Of a DNA stretch of 32,000 bases, positions 1 to 9,015 are shown one piece after another. A program made the position numbers and the translations under genes. The notes under the pieces are model-generated. The model worked only from the letters and a program-made list of their open reading frames with translations, was not told where the DNA came from and did no database searches. The stretch is from Cylindrospermopsis raciborskii Cr2010 (lineage in GTDB: Bacteria > Cyanobacteriota > Cyanobacteriia > Cyanobacteriales > Nostocaceae), in assembly GCF_003367075.2 (NCBI RefSeq), contig NZ_CP065936.1:2190001-2222000 (forward strand), written 5' to 3'. The number at the start of each line of letters is the position of its first letter. Within the stretch, counting starts at the first letter, position 1.

Positions 1-779
1 TCCATTTCTTCGTTAATGAAAATCTGTTGTGATTCTTCCTGTCTTAAACTATCAACTATGGGACCCACCACTAATACTTTAGATATTTGATATGTGAGTA
101 AAGGTACGATAATTAATAGCAAGATAAATCTGATGGAGATAATTGTCATTTTCTGGGTTTGACGAAAGCTCCGCACCACTTCCACTTCCGCATTGGGATC
201 TAATTCTGTTTGCAGACGACTAATGGTAGTGAAAATAGATCGTGGTAAAATACTTGTGGAGTTTGCTTTTCTTTTTGGTTTCTCCCCATGGTTTTTACTG
301 GAACCTACCATTTCTCCTTGATTACGACCTTTATCCCCTACTCCATCAGAAGACTCGTTGACAAAACTCATCACAGAAGTGTCTAACTGCTCACTTTTGT
401 ACTTGTTAACCACCTGATCTATAAAGTCCAGTTTTTGTAAAACTATGGTGAGACTAGAATATTCTATACCCGCTTTGTCCGCTGCTGCTTGTTTACTTTC
501 ATTGGAAAACCACCGACTGGCTTTAAACTCCGTTAAGCGCATTCGCACATTTTTCAATAGTTTGTTTAAATCAGACTGAAAGTAGTCCATTACACTACTG
601 CTATAAAGGTCAGCATTTCTGGAAATTTTATTACCATTAAAATGTTGACGTTCAATATCCTGAATTTTTAATGCTGATTTATATGCTTCCTCTAAAGCAC
701 GCTCTGGTGTTAGTAAGTACCAGCGGTAAGTAGAAAGTAAAGACAAGTATATTTTTCGACCAAACACAGAATCATTCAT
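1..779 (-). CDS. pxcA: PxcA/CemA-family proton-extrusion membrane protein, N-terminal ~259 codons (gene continues past window start)
   Basis: Absent from the ORF track because it is open at the window edge. My reverse-strand translation from ATG (779-777) reads MNDSVFGRKIYLSLLSTYRWYLLTPERALEEAYKSALKIQDIERQHFNGNKI... with no stop down to position 1. It ends in a hydrophobic span (MTIISIRFILLLIIVPLLTYQI). The N-terminal YRW..TPERAL..AY.SAL.I..IE..HF pattern matches my memory of cyanobacterial PxcA and plastid CemA. Confidence 0.6.
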   Translation of the reverse strand, partial: MNDSVFGRKIYLSLLSTYRWYLLTPERALEEAYKSALKIQDIERQHFNGNKISRNADLYSSSVMDYFQSDLNKLLKNVRMRLTEFKASRWFSNESKQAAADKAGIEYSSLTIVLQKLDFIDQVVNKYKSEQLDTSVMSFVNESSDGVGDKGRNQGEMVGSSKNHGEKPKRKANSTSILPRSIFTTISRLQTELDPNAEVEVVRSFRQTQKMTIISIRFILLLIIVPLLTYQISKVLVVGPIVDSLRQEESQQIFINEEM

Positions 780-817
780 TGGTGACTGATGAGATTTAAG
801 AAACCGGGGGAAAGGGA

Positions 818-2992
818 GTGATTAGGAGTAAGTTAGTGGTTTTTGATTCTATCTGGGTTGTGGGTGCAAGTCGTAGTGGTAAAACTACTCGTTTAGCTCG
901 GTATTTTGCTGATTGGGTGGAAAGCAAACCAGAGATATGGACATTTTATACGAAAAATTCAAATTCCAACCAGTGCGAAAACAGAATTCAAACTCTAAAT
1001 CCTTTATGGAGAGAACCTCGAGTTTTAGTTTTAACATCTAATCATGATGGTCGCGTATATTTAAGTAATAAAATTGCTACCTTGAACAAAAGCAAATATA
1101 TACTAGAAACAAAAACCACATCGGGATTTATACAAGATGAAGTGATGTTATTTTGGCCCTTAATAGTAGAGATGCTAGAAATCAAAGCTCAATTTCCCTT
1201 AATATTACGTCCAGAGACAGAGCAGGAACTAGCTACAAAGCTGTGGAAGTCGGAATTGAACGCCCTAACGAATGGGGGAACCAGTCAATATCGTTTAGTG
1301 AGACGGATATTAGATTTATGGCAATTGGGGACCTATGCTGGTATTGCTGGTGAGGATATTGGAGAGATTTTTTACCAAGGTTTAGAAAAAGACATTCACA
1401 CTTTAGATTTAGAGGCGGAACTTTTAACATCTTTGTTAGTAGGTTGGCGTCAGTGGTGTTTACAAAGAGGATTGTTAACTTATGGTTTAATTACAGAACT
1501 TTATTACAAGTATTTATTTAAAAATATTCAGTATCAAGAACATTTAAAAAAGCGTTATCAACTAGTCATAGCTGATGATGTGGACAATTATCCAGCCATA
1601 TATTATTACCTATTGGAGTTTTTGTTAGACGAAGGAGCAGTGGGAGCTTTTGGCTATAACCCCTATGGGTGTGTCAGATTGGGTCTGGGAGCTGACCCAG
1701 AATTTTTAAAAAGACTAGAAAGCCGTTGTCAAGTAGAAAATTTAGTCTGTGATGGAGAAGAAAATTTAGTCACTGAACTAGCTCAACCAATGATTAAACT
1801 AGTCAGAGAAGAGATGATAATATTCACATTGCCTAAGACAGTAGAGAGTATTCAAACAATTTCTCGTGCAGAACTTTTACAACAAACAACCCAGCTAATA
1901 ATTAGAGAAATTACAGCAGGTAACATCCAACCAGAAGAGGTGGCGATTATCGCACCTGGATTAGATGCGATCGCCCGTTATCAGATCATAGAAATTCTTA
2001 CCAAACACCATATCGAAGTAGATTCCCTAAATGAACAGAGACCATTAATTAGTTCCGCTAATGTTAGAGGATTATTAACATTACTAACTTTAGTTTATCC
2101 AGGACTAGGGAGATTGGTAAATAGAGACCAAGTAGGGGAAATGTTAGTAGTGCTGAGTAGAAATTATAGTGATAAACATAGAATAGAAGAAGACGGAGAG
2201 AATCAAGAACAAAAGAATCGGATTGATCCAGTGCGTGCGGGAATAATAGTGGATAATTGTTTTGTTCCCGATCTAGAGAACCCACGCCTATTGGATATTA
2301 GAGTCTTTGATCGTTGGGATAGAATTGGCTATGTAGCCAGCACAGCTTATAGAGAGATATTAACATGGATAGAGCAGCAGCAAAATCAACAAACCCAATC
2401 CAGCACACCGGTTTTTCTGTTATATGCAGCCATGGAGAAATTCATTTTTAAAAACCAAACTCCCTCATTTGGCATCCTATCAGAACTCAGAGAACTATTA
2501 GAAACTGCCCAACACTACTGGGAAATAGAACAAAGAGTCAGGCAAACTGAATATCCCCCCCACGACCAAAAGAGACTAACCAACAGCATCAATGAATTCA
2601 TTAGCCTATTGCGTCAGGGGACAATTACAGCTAATCCCTATCCGGTGCGCACCCTAGGACAAAGCAAAAAAGCCATTACCCTAGCCACAGTATTTCAATA
2701 TCGCGCCAGTTATAGATATCACAAATGGCACTTTTGGATGGATATAGGTTCACCACTATGGTCTAAAGGTGGTGCAGCCAGTTTATTCGGATCCCATATA
2801 TTTTTACAAGATAGAAGAGGAAAATCATGGACAGCAGCAGATGAAGACACAGCTGAAACCCAAAGACTAGAGAGAATCATTGTGGATTTACTAGGAAGAG
2901 TTTCAGAAAAAATTTACCTATGTCACAGCGATCTAGCAGTTAATGGACAGGAGCAACTCGGACCTCTATTACCTTTAATTTATAGCCTTTGA
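818..2992 (+). CDS. SF1 (UvrD/AddB-like) P-loop NTPase with degenerate helicase motifs
   Basis: 724-aa ORF. Walker A is GASRSGKTT at aa 16-24. The motif-II position reads VIADDVDNYP instead of DExQD. The late motif ITLATVFQYRAS resembles UvrD motif VI (T.H.sKG.E) but is degenerate. The C-terminal YLCHSDL..NGQE resembles the AddB/UvrD tail. No nuclease motif seen. The start may be GTG 836 (AGGAG 824-828 plus a 7-nt spacer) rather than GTG 818. Confidence 0.55.
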   Translation: MIRSKLVVFDSIWVVGASRSGKTTRLARYFADWVESKPEIWTFYTKNSNSNQCENRIQTLNPLWREPRVLVLTSNHDGRVYLSNKIATLNKSKYILETKTTSGFIQDEVMLFWPLIVEMLEIKAQFPLILRPETEQELATKLWKSELNALTNGGTSQYRLVRRILDLWQLGTYAGIAGEDIGEIFYQGLEKDIHTLDLEAELLTSLLVGWRQWCLQRGLLTYGLITELYYKYLFKNIQYQEHLKKRYQLVIADDVDNYPAIYYYLLEFLLDEGAVGAFGYNPYGCVRLGLGADPEFLKRLESRCQVENLVCDGEENLVTELAQPMIKLVREEMIIFTLPKTVESIQTISRAELLQQTTQLIIREITAGNIQPEEVAIIAPGLDAIARYQIIEILTKHHIEVDSLNEQRPLISSANVRGLLTLLTLVYPGLGRLVNRDQVGEMLVVLSRNYSDKHRIEEDGENQEQKNRIDPVRAGIIVDNCFVPDLENPRLLDIRVFDRWDRIGYVASTAYREILTWIEQQQNQQTQSSTPVFLLYAAMEKFIFKNQTPSFGILSELRELLETAQHYWEIEQRVRQTEYPPHDQKRLTNSINEFISLLRQGTITANPYPVRTLGQSKKAITLATVFQYRASYRYHKWHFWMDIGSPLWSKGGAASLFGSHIFLQDRRGKSWTAADEDTAETQRLERIIVDLLGRVSEKIYLCHSDLAVNGQEQLGPLLPLIYSL

Positions 2993-3068
2993 GTAAATGA
3001 TTTTAGCAAGTCCTTAATTATAATATATAATATGGTAAATAAAGATCTAAAAAAAAGACAGTCAAACA

Positions 3069-3734
3069 ATGGGACTATTTGGATTTAATAAAAAAGTAGC
3101 AATGCCAACACCTGAGCAAGCTTTGCCAGGTCGCCAACAAAAAATGCCCGTACCTGCAACCCATTACGTCAATAATAACCCCTTACAACCTCCCTTTCCT
3201 CCAGAAATGGAAACTGCCATGTTTGGCCTGGGTTGTTTTTGGGGTGCTGAACGTAAATTTTGGCAACAACAGGGAGTCTATAGCACTGCTGTAGGGTATG
3301 CTGCTGGCTATACCCCTAACCCTACCTATAGGGAGGTGTGCACGGGAATGACTGGTCACAACGAGGTGGTACTTGTGGTCTTCAACCCAAAGATAATTAC
3401 CTATTCCCAATTATTAAAGGTCTTTTGGGAAAGTCATAACCCCACCCAAGGAATGCGTCAAGGTAATGATGTGGGTACTCAATACCGCTCTGGAATTTAT
3501 TCATATTCCCTAGAACAAAGAGAGTTGGCAGAATCATCTATGAATGCTTACCAACAGGCTTTGACAAATGCAGGATATGGCAAAATCACCACAGAGATTT
3601 TGGATGCACCCGAGTTCTATTATGCTGAAGATTATCATCAACAGTATTTGGCCAAAAATCCCGGTGGTTATTGCGGTTTAGGTGGTACTAATGTGTCTTG
3701 TCCCGTTGGTGTTTTTCCAACCTCAGTCAGTTAA
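3069..3734 (+). CDS. msrA: Peptide-methionine (S)-S-oxide reductase MsrA
   Basis: 221 aa. Catalytic [13 protein letters not shown] motif. Colinear with E. coli MsrA from the N-terminus (ALPGR...MPV) to the C-terminal [16 protein letters not shown]. Confidence 0.95.
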   Translation: MGLFGFNKKVAMPTPEQALPGRQQKMPVPATHYVNNNPLQPPFPPEMETAMFGLGCFWGAERKFWQQQGVYSTAVGYAAGYTPNPTYREVCTGMTGHNEVVLVVFNPKIITYSQLLKVFWESHNPTQGMRQGNDVGTQYRSGIYSYSLEQRELAESSMNAYQQALTNAGYGKITTEILDAPEFYYAEDYHQQYLAKNPGGYCGLGGTNVSCPVGVFPTSVS

Positions 3735-3751
3735 ACGGGAGAACTATTGAG

Positions 3752-5293
3752 ATGGGTCCAACTCCCATTTTAACATTTGACCGGGGTACATTGATTTTAC
3801 ACCCTCCCCCCCGTAGTAAGTCCTGGATATACTTTGCCACCTGGGATGACAGAATCGAAAAGTTCCGCATCCCAGCTATTAAATACCGCTCTTTAGTGGA
3901 AACTCTAGAAGGTGATGATACTGATTTTATAGATGAGGCTAAAAAGTTTTATCCCTTAGAATTGCTTCCCAGCGTGCAGATGACTCCCTACCCCCATCAA
4001 ACTGAGGCCCTGGTGGCTTGGAAATTGGCTGGTAGACAGGGTGTAGTGGTGCTACCAACAGCAGCTGGGAAAACCTACCTGGCCCAAATGGCTATGGAAG
4101 CAACTCCACGCAGTACCCTCATTATTGTTCCTACCCTGGATCTGATGCATCAGTGGTATGCACATTTAAAAGCAGCCTTCCCTGATGGGGAGTTAGGTTT
4201 GCTGGGGGGAGGTTCACGAGATAAAACGGCAATTTTAGTCGCTACCTATGATAGTGCAGCTATTTACGCTGAAAGTCTCGGTGATAAATATGGTTTAATT
4301 ATTTTTGATGAATGTCATCATCTACCTACTGATTTTAATCGGGTAATTGCTGAATACGCGATCGCTCCCTATAGATTAGGACTTTCTGCGACACCGGAGC
4401 GTACAGATGGTAAACATGTGGATTTGGAGATTTTGATTGGAAAAGAGGTTTACCGTCAGTATGTGGAAGAGTTAGCGGGTAAGGTACTAGCAGATCATGA
4501 AATCATCCAAATTAAAGTTAAACTTTCACCAACGGAACGGGAAAAATATAATCGGTTAATTCAAACTCGCAATGACTTTTTAAAGCATTCCCGAATTTCT
4601 TTAGGTAGTTTACAAGGATGGCAAACTTTTGTTCAGGTCAGTGGGCGATCGCAGGATGGACGTAGAGCTATGTTAGCGCATCGACAAGCAAAAGAGATTG
4701 CTTTGGGAACAGATGGGAAAATGAGAGTTTTAGCTGACCTACTGGCTGATCACTATCCAGAAATGGTGTTGATTTTTACAGCTGATAACGCCACGGTTTA
4801 TCGTATTTCTCGGGAGTTGTTAATTCCTGCAATTACCCATCAAACCCCAGTTAAGGAAAGACACGAAATCCTCACCAAATTCAAGCAAGGGATATATAAT
4901 ACCTTGGTAGCTTCCCATGTTTTAAACGAGGGGGTAGATGTTCCCGCTGCTGCGGTAGCTATTATTCTTTCTGGTACTGGTTCTATCAGGGAATATACTC
5001 AGAGGTTAGGAAGAATTTTAAGGAAAGGAAATCAAGAAAATAAACGGGCAATTTTATATGAAGTCATAGCAGAAGATACGAGTGAAGAAGGAACATCAAT
5101 GAGAAGAAAGGGATTAAGAGGGATGGAAACACCCTCTGGAAATAAACCAGAGGAAAAAAGCAAAAAAGGTGAATTAAGTATTGTGTATGGAGATAATCAA
5201 GAACCGGAATTAAAAGTTGCCCAACCGGTAGAAATTAACTACTTGACCAAGAAATTAACGAAATCAAAGCATCAAAAAGATGTTACCGACTGA
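3752..5293 (+). CDS. XPB/ERCC3/Ssl2-type SF2 DNA helicase
   Basis: Walker A VVLPTAAGKT, motif II FDECHH, motif III region LGLSATPERTDGKHVDLEILIG (compare human XPB [22 protein letters not shown]), motif VI QRLGRILRKG. N-terminal ILTFDRGTLIL resembles the XPB damage-recognition domain. I start at ATG 3752 (MGPTPIL). The track's 3698 start would overlap msrA by 37 nt. Confidence 0.85.
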   Translation: MGPTPILTFDRGTLILHPPPRSKSWIYFATWDDRIEKFRIPAIKYRSLVETLEGDDTDFIDEAKKFYPLELLPSVQMTPYPHQTEALVAWKLAGRQGVVVLPTAAGKTYLAQMAMEATPRSTLIIVPTLDLMHQWYAHLKAAFPDGELGLLGGGSRDKTAILVATYDSAAIYAESLGDKYGLIIFDECHHLPTDFNRVIAEYAIAPYRLGLSATPERTDGKHVDLEILIGKEVYRQYVEELAGKVLADHEIIQIKVKLSPTEREKYNRLIQTRNDFLKHSRISLGSLQGWQTFVQVSGRSQDGRRAMLAHRQAKEIALGTDGKMRVLADLLADHYPEMVLIFTADNATVYRISRELLIPAITHQTPVKERHEILTKFKQGIYNTLVASHVLNEGVDVPAAAVAIILSGTGSIREYTQRLGRILRKGNQENKRAILYEVIAEDTSEEGTSMRRKGLRGMETPSGNKPEEKSKKGELSIVYGDNQEPELKVAQPVEINYLTKKLTKSKHQKDVTD

Positions 5294-6500
5294 ACTACTA
5301 ATTTATCGTCAAACCGGGGAAGAAATTATTCCCAAGAGACTGAAACTGGATGATAAACATTTAGCCCTAGCAAATGATTTAATTAACTTTTTTCAAGATA
5401 CTCTAGGAAAAACCCAAGGATATTTGGAAAGACAACTTATAGATTTTGAGGGTGAAACCACAGACTATAGAATGAAACGCGGTTTAGGTTACATCCTCAA
5501 AAGTAGTTTTTGCACTTTTGAAATTATCAGTCCCCTAGAACCACAAATGTTAAGGGAAAGGGTATTCACCCTAGCAGCTCAATCAGTTGCTAGTCCTCAA
5601 AACACCCAGATAATTTTTAGCCAAATTGCTGCCAAACTTAGTCAAGAACTGGAAAGGGAAATTTTACCAATTCAGATTGCTGAAGGTCTTTATGCTGATC
5701 TCTTGGAAAATAGAATCCTCACCGCATTTGATGCTCCTAAACCAGAAGACCTATTACACCGTTATAACTTATCCCAGGTGCAAGGTATTTTTTATAAAGC
5801 TACCCAATTAATCTTAAATGCTCACCGTAATGTACCAAGAGAATATAAATTATTATTTCGATATCTAAAATTATTTCAGTTAATGGCCTATATTGAGGGT
5901 AATGCGAACCATGGTTTTACTATCACCATTGATGGTCCAACAAGTTTATTTACCTCCAGTACGCGATACGGATTATCCATTGCTAAAATGATTCCAGCTT
6001 TGCTCCATGTAACTAAATGGAGTTTATCAACCACCTTGCAAATAAAAGACCTATATACACAGGAATGGAAAACCAGTAGATTTACCCTAAATTCTGAATG
6101 TGGTCTAATCTCTCATTATCCCCAAGGTAAACCATACGACAGTATGTTAGACCAGTCCTTCGCTGATAAATGGGATGCTATGAAAAGTGGTTGGTTTTTA
6201 GAAACAGAAGTAGATTTAATTCCCATCCCTGGAAGTGTAATCATACCAGACTTTCGTCTTGTGCATCCAGATGGAAGGAGTTTTTTGTTAGAAATTGTTG
6301 GTTATTGGCGACCAGAATATTTAAAAAAGAAATTTGCCCAGGTGAAAAGAGCAAATTGTCACAACCTCATTCTGGCAATTTCTGAAAAGTTGAACCTGGA
6401 AAAATCTGGGGTGAATTTGGATAATGTTCCTGCCAAAATTATTTGGTTTAAAGAAAAATTATTACCCAAAGCGGTTTTAGCACTGATGGAACAGGTTTAA
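5280..6500 (+). CDS. DUF790 / Bax1-like endonuclease (XPB partner)
   Basis: 406 aa. ATG 5280 lies 14 nt inside the helicase gene, suggesting translational coupling. N-terminus MLPTELLIYRQTGEEIIPKRL is typical of DUF790 as I remember it. C-terminal nuclease-like core is IPDFRLVHPDGRSFLLEIVGYWRPEY. Confidence 0.7.
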   Translation: MLPTELLIYRQTGEEIIPKRLKLDDKHLALANDLINFFQDTLGKTQGYLERQLIDFEGETTDYRMKRGLGYILKSSFCTFEIISPLEPQMLRERVFTLAAQSVASPQNTQIIFSQIAAKLSQELEREILPIQIAEGLYADLLENRILTAFDAPKPEDLLHRYNLSQVQGIFYKATQLILNAHRNVPREYKLLFRYLKLFQLMAYIEGNANHGFTITIDGPTSLFTSSTRYGLSIAKMIPALLHVTKWSLSTTLQIKDLYTQEWKTSRFTLNSECGLISHYPQGKPYDSMLDQSFADKWDAMKSGWFLETEVDLIPIPGSVIIPDFRLVHPDGRSFLLEIVGYWRPEYLKKKFAQVKRANCHNLILAISEKLNLEKSGVNLDNVPAKIIWFKEKLLPKAVLALMEQV

Positions 6501-6607
6501 TCCCTACCTCCCTACTTGTGTCAGAACCACTAAGTAGAGACGGATAAGTCGTTTTTAAAAAAATAGTAATTTTCGTCCTTACCAAAAATTCCCTTGAGGA
6601 AATAGAA

Positions 6608-7189
6608 TTGAGGTGGAATTTACACACTAGGCCATTGTTTAAAGGTAAATCTTTGCCCATTATGTTCTTTATTCTGCCAATTTTTATCTGGTGGGGATAC
6701 AGAGAAGTGCAGAACCAATTTTCAATTCCACAAGCTGTTTTGGTTTTGGGTGGTTCTAGTAAGCGTTTAGAGCGAGAGAGATTTGCTGCCAATTTTGCTA
6801 AAAAACACCCCAACATACCAATATGGATTACTGGTGGTAGTCCGCCTGATCATACAAAAAAGGTGTTTGCAAAAGCTGGAGTTAATTTAAGTCGTTTACA
6901 TCTAGATTATGAAGCAGTAGACACAGTGACTAACTTTACCACTATACTAGATGATTTACAAGACAAAAAGATTAAAAGTGTTTATTTAATTACGTCCGAT
7001 TTTCACATGCGTCGTGCTCGTGTAGTTGGCGAAATTATTTTGGGCACTAGAGATATTAGTCTTAAACCAATATCTGTTCCTTCCAGAACTGATCCAGAAC
7101 CAATAGAAAAGGTTGTTCGTGATGGATTTCGCGCTATTTTATGGGTTGGTACTGGTTATACAGGAGCAGAAGGTGTCAACGTTAAATAG
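6608..7189 (+). CDS. DUF218 (YdcF/ElyC/SanA-family) membrane-anchored protein
   Basis: N-terminal TM helix (MFFILPIFIWWGY), then VLVLGGS...WITGG...EAVDTVTNF...YLITSDFHMRRA, the DUF218 signature. The start is either TTG 6608 or the in-frame ATG 6662. Confidence 0.75.
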   Translation: MRWNLHTRPLFKGKSLPIMFFILPIFIWWGYREVQNQFSIPQAVLVLGGSSKRLERERFAANFAKKHPNIPIWITGGSPPDHTKKVFAKAGVNLSRLHLDYEAVDTVTNFTTILDDLQDKKIKSVYLITSDFHMRRARVVGEIILGTRDISLKPISVPSRTDPEPIEKVVRDGFRAILWVGTGYTGAEGVNVK

Positions 7190-7241
7190 GTATTGTATAG
7201 ACTCAGTCACAAGCTAGTTAATCTAGTTTGTTATTTTGTTT

Positions 7242-7895
7242 TTATTTGTCACCAAGTTTTGTTTTCTTAAACAACTCAAAATTCTTCCTGTATCTGAAAA
7301 TGTACTCAATCAGTAAATCAGTCAATTCAACTATCTGTTGAGCATCATTCTGATTAAAGTTTATGTCCACCTCGTGGGATAGATCCTGTAGTCTTAAATT
7401 ACTGGCCCAGCTATAAAGATGGTGATTAATAATTTCTTGCTGTCTCATTATTTCCAGCTTTTCTTTTAGAGAATTACCCTCAATTTTATGCTCCTCACAT
7501 ATAGACTCTATAGTTTTTATACACATAGCTATACATGCTGAAAATGCCTTGGCATTTAGACACAAGAAAGCCTCCTGAAATGATTTTCTTATGTATGTAG
7601 GTACTCTATATGTGCTACTAGTATTTGATATTGGATATAAAGTTTTTACTTGAGCATACTCAAAGTCATTATAAGACTCTGATCCATTACAATATTCTGT
7701 ACAAGTTAGGAAAGGTTGAAAGCATTGAGGACATTTAAGAAATGTAAACTCATTATAGGTTGTAACTGTTCCACCCCAAGAATTAAAGATGGGGTGCTCA
7801 TCCTGAACTTCCATCTTATAACTGTTTACCTTTTCAGCATTTACATAAGATCCACAAGTTAAACAATTTAATTTGGATGACAATTGGGATAACAT
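7242..7895 (-). CDS. Zinc-ribbon + DUF4145 domain protein (orphan, AT-rich)
   Basis: 217 aa. The N-terminus has CLTC (aa 11-14) and CPQC (aa 55-58). The C-terminal half (IRKSFQEAFLCLNAKAFSACIAMCIKTIESICEE...LKEKLEIM...LYSWASNLRLQDLSHE...AQQIVELTDLLIEYIF) follows the DUF4145 helical pattern. Confidence 0.65.
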   Translation of the reverse strand: MLSQLSSKLNCLTCGSYVNAEKVNSYKMEVQDEHPIFNSWGGTVTTYNEFTFLKCPQCFQPFLTCTEYCNGSESYNDFEYAQVKTLYPISNTSSTYRVPTYIRKSFQEAFLCLNAKAFSACIAMCIKTIESICEEHKIEGNSLKEKLEIMRQQEIINHHLYSWASNLRLQDLSHEVDINFNQNDAQQIVELTDLLIEYIFRYRKNFELFKKTKLGDK

Positions 7896-8067
7896 ATAAC
7901 CTCAAAATGATTTACAGCACACGAACAATTTAACTTTTATTCATCCCATTATTTCCATTCCGGATCAAGTGTGGTATTTAGCATTTTCTAGTATCTTGTA
8001 CCACTAAAAATAGTAGAATGGTACGGATATGGAGATCTCCAGATAGTTGATTAAGGAGTATTTAAAA

Positions 8068-8376
8068 ATGACAGGAAATGAATTGCGTCAGATGTTAGTG
8101 AATAAGTGGGGATACTCTTATGATGTTCAGTTTCGTCGCACCCAGGGCAAAATCTTTCTCCAAATTATGTGGAAGTATGTGGAACAAACTTCTTTTCCTT
8201 TGAGCGAGTCCGAATATCAAGAACATTTGAACACTATTGCTAACTACCTTAATGCTTTAGGAGGAACAAGTCAAGTAGAAAACTTTATCGTTCAAACTAA
8301 GGAGAGACCTCGACTAGGTAAGGCTATTAGTATTCCCATTGAACTAGGCGATCGCGCATCCGAATGGATAATATAG
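8068..8376 (+). CDS. DUF3067 family protein (conserved in cyanobacteria and plastids)
   Basis: MTGNELRQMLVNKWGYSYDVQFRRTQGKIFLQIMWKY... matches my memory of DUF3067. AAGGAG at 8053-8058 lies 9 nt upstream of ATG 8068. The track's TTG 8047 start is less likely. Confidence 0.7.
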   Translation: MTGNELRQMLVNKWGYSYDVQFRRTQGKIFLQIMWKYVEQTSFPLSESEYQEHLNTIANYLNALGGTSQVENFIVQTKERPRLGKAISIPIELGDRASEWII

Positions 8377-8766
8377 TGATGAGCTATAGCTATTTAATAA
8401 GCATAATCACCTAAATTCAATGATAATAATAAGAATTTCCAATCAAGTTTAGGATTTTTTCAGAATTTCTTGCTGGTCACATAATAGCTGAAAGCTAGAT
8501 GTTGATTAATGTCTGGCGATTTTAGACTTAGAAATCACCAAATTGGTTTTAGCTTGACTAATGGCTCACATTAAGGGAAACTAAACCAAGACGAGTGTAA
8601 ACACTAGTTCAATTAATAATTTTTGTAAAGATTTTGCAATATATCTTTTCCTGATATGGAACATTAGTTAACAAATGGCTAGGTTATTTCTAAAGTTCCT
8701 GACGGAAAACTAACCCTGCTCCAGTAGGAAAAGTTCAAGGATACACTTCGAGGTTGGCTAGAAAAA

Positions 8767-8979
8767 ATGGAAACATTAGAATTCATCATTCATCCAGATG
8801 GGAGAGTACAGGAGAAAGTCACTGGTGTCATTGGCGTTTCTTGTGCGGAAGTCACAGCAGCTATAGAAGCACAACTGGGACGAGTGCTAAGTCGGGAGTC
8901 AACCTCAGAATATTTCAACCCTAATCACCTCCAGGAATCTGGAACGGTGAATACCCAAGCCACCTTTAGTGAGTGGTAG
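8767..8979 (+). CDS. DUF2997 domain protein
   Basis: 70 aa. METLEFIIHPDGRVQEKVTGVIGVSCAEVTAAIEAQLG fits the DUF2997 pattern (I..DG.V...V.G..G..C...T). It sits directly upstream of its usual DUF1257 partner. Confidence 0.7.
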   Translation: METLEFIIHPDGRVQEKVTGVIGVSCAEVTAAIEAQLGRVLSRESTSEYFNPNHLQESGTVNTQATFSEW

Positions 8980-9015
8980 CTTTATCAACTATATTTTCAT
9001 TGATTAAAAAACGAT

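Noticed and set aside
3698-3751. Upstream extension of the XPB-like ORF (track start 3698)
   Set aside because: It would overlap msrA by 37 nt and adds residues with no XPB counterpart. ATG 3752 lies 17 nt after the msrA stop and is preceded by GGGAGA.
6448-6816. 122-aa minus-strand ORF spanning the bax1-like / DUF218 junction
   Set aside because: It overlaps the 3' end of one supported gene and about 200 nt of another, on the opposite strand, and has no recognisable domain.
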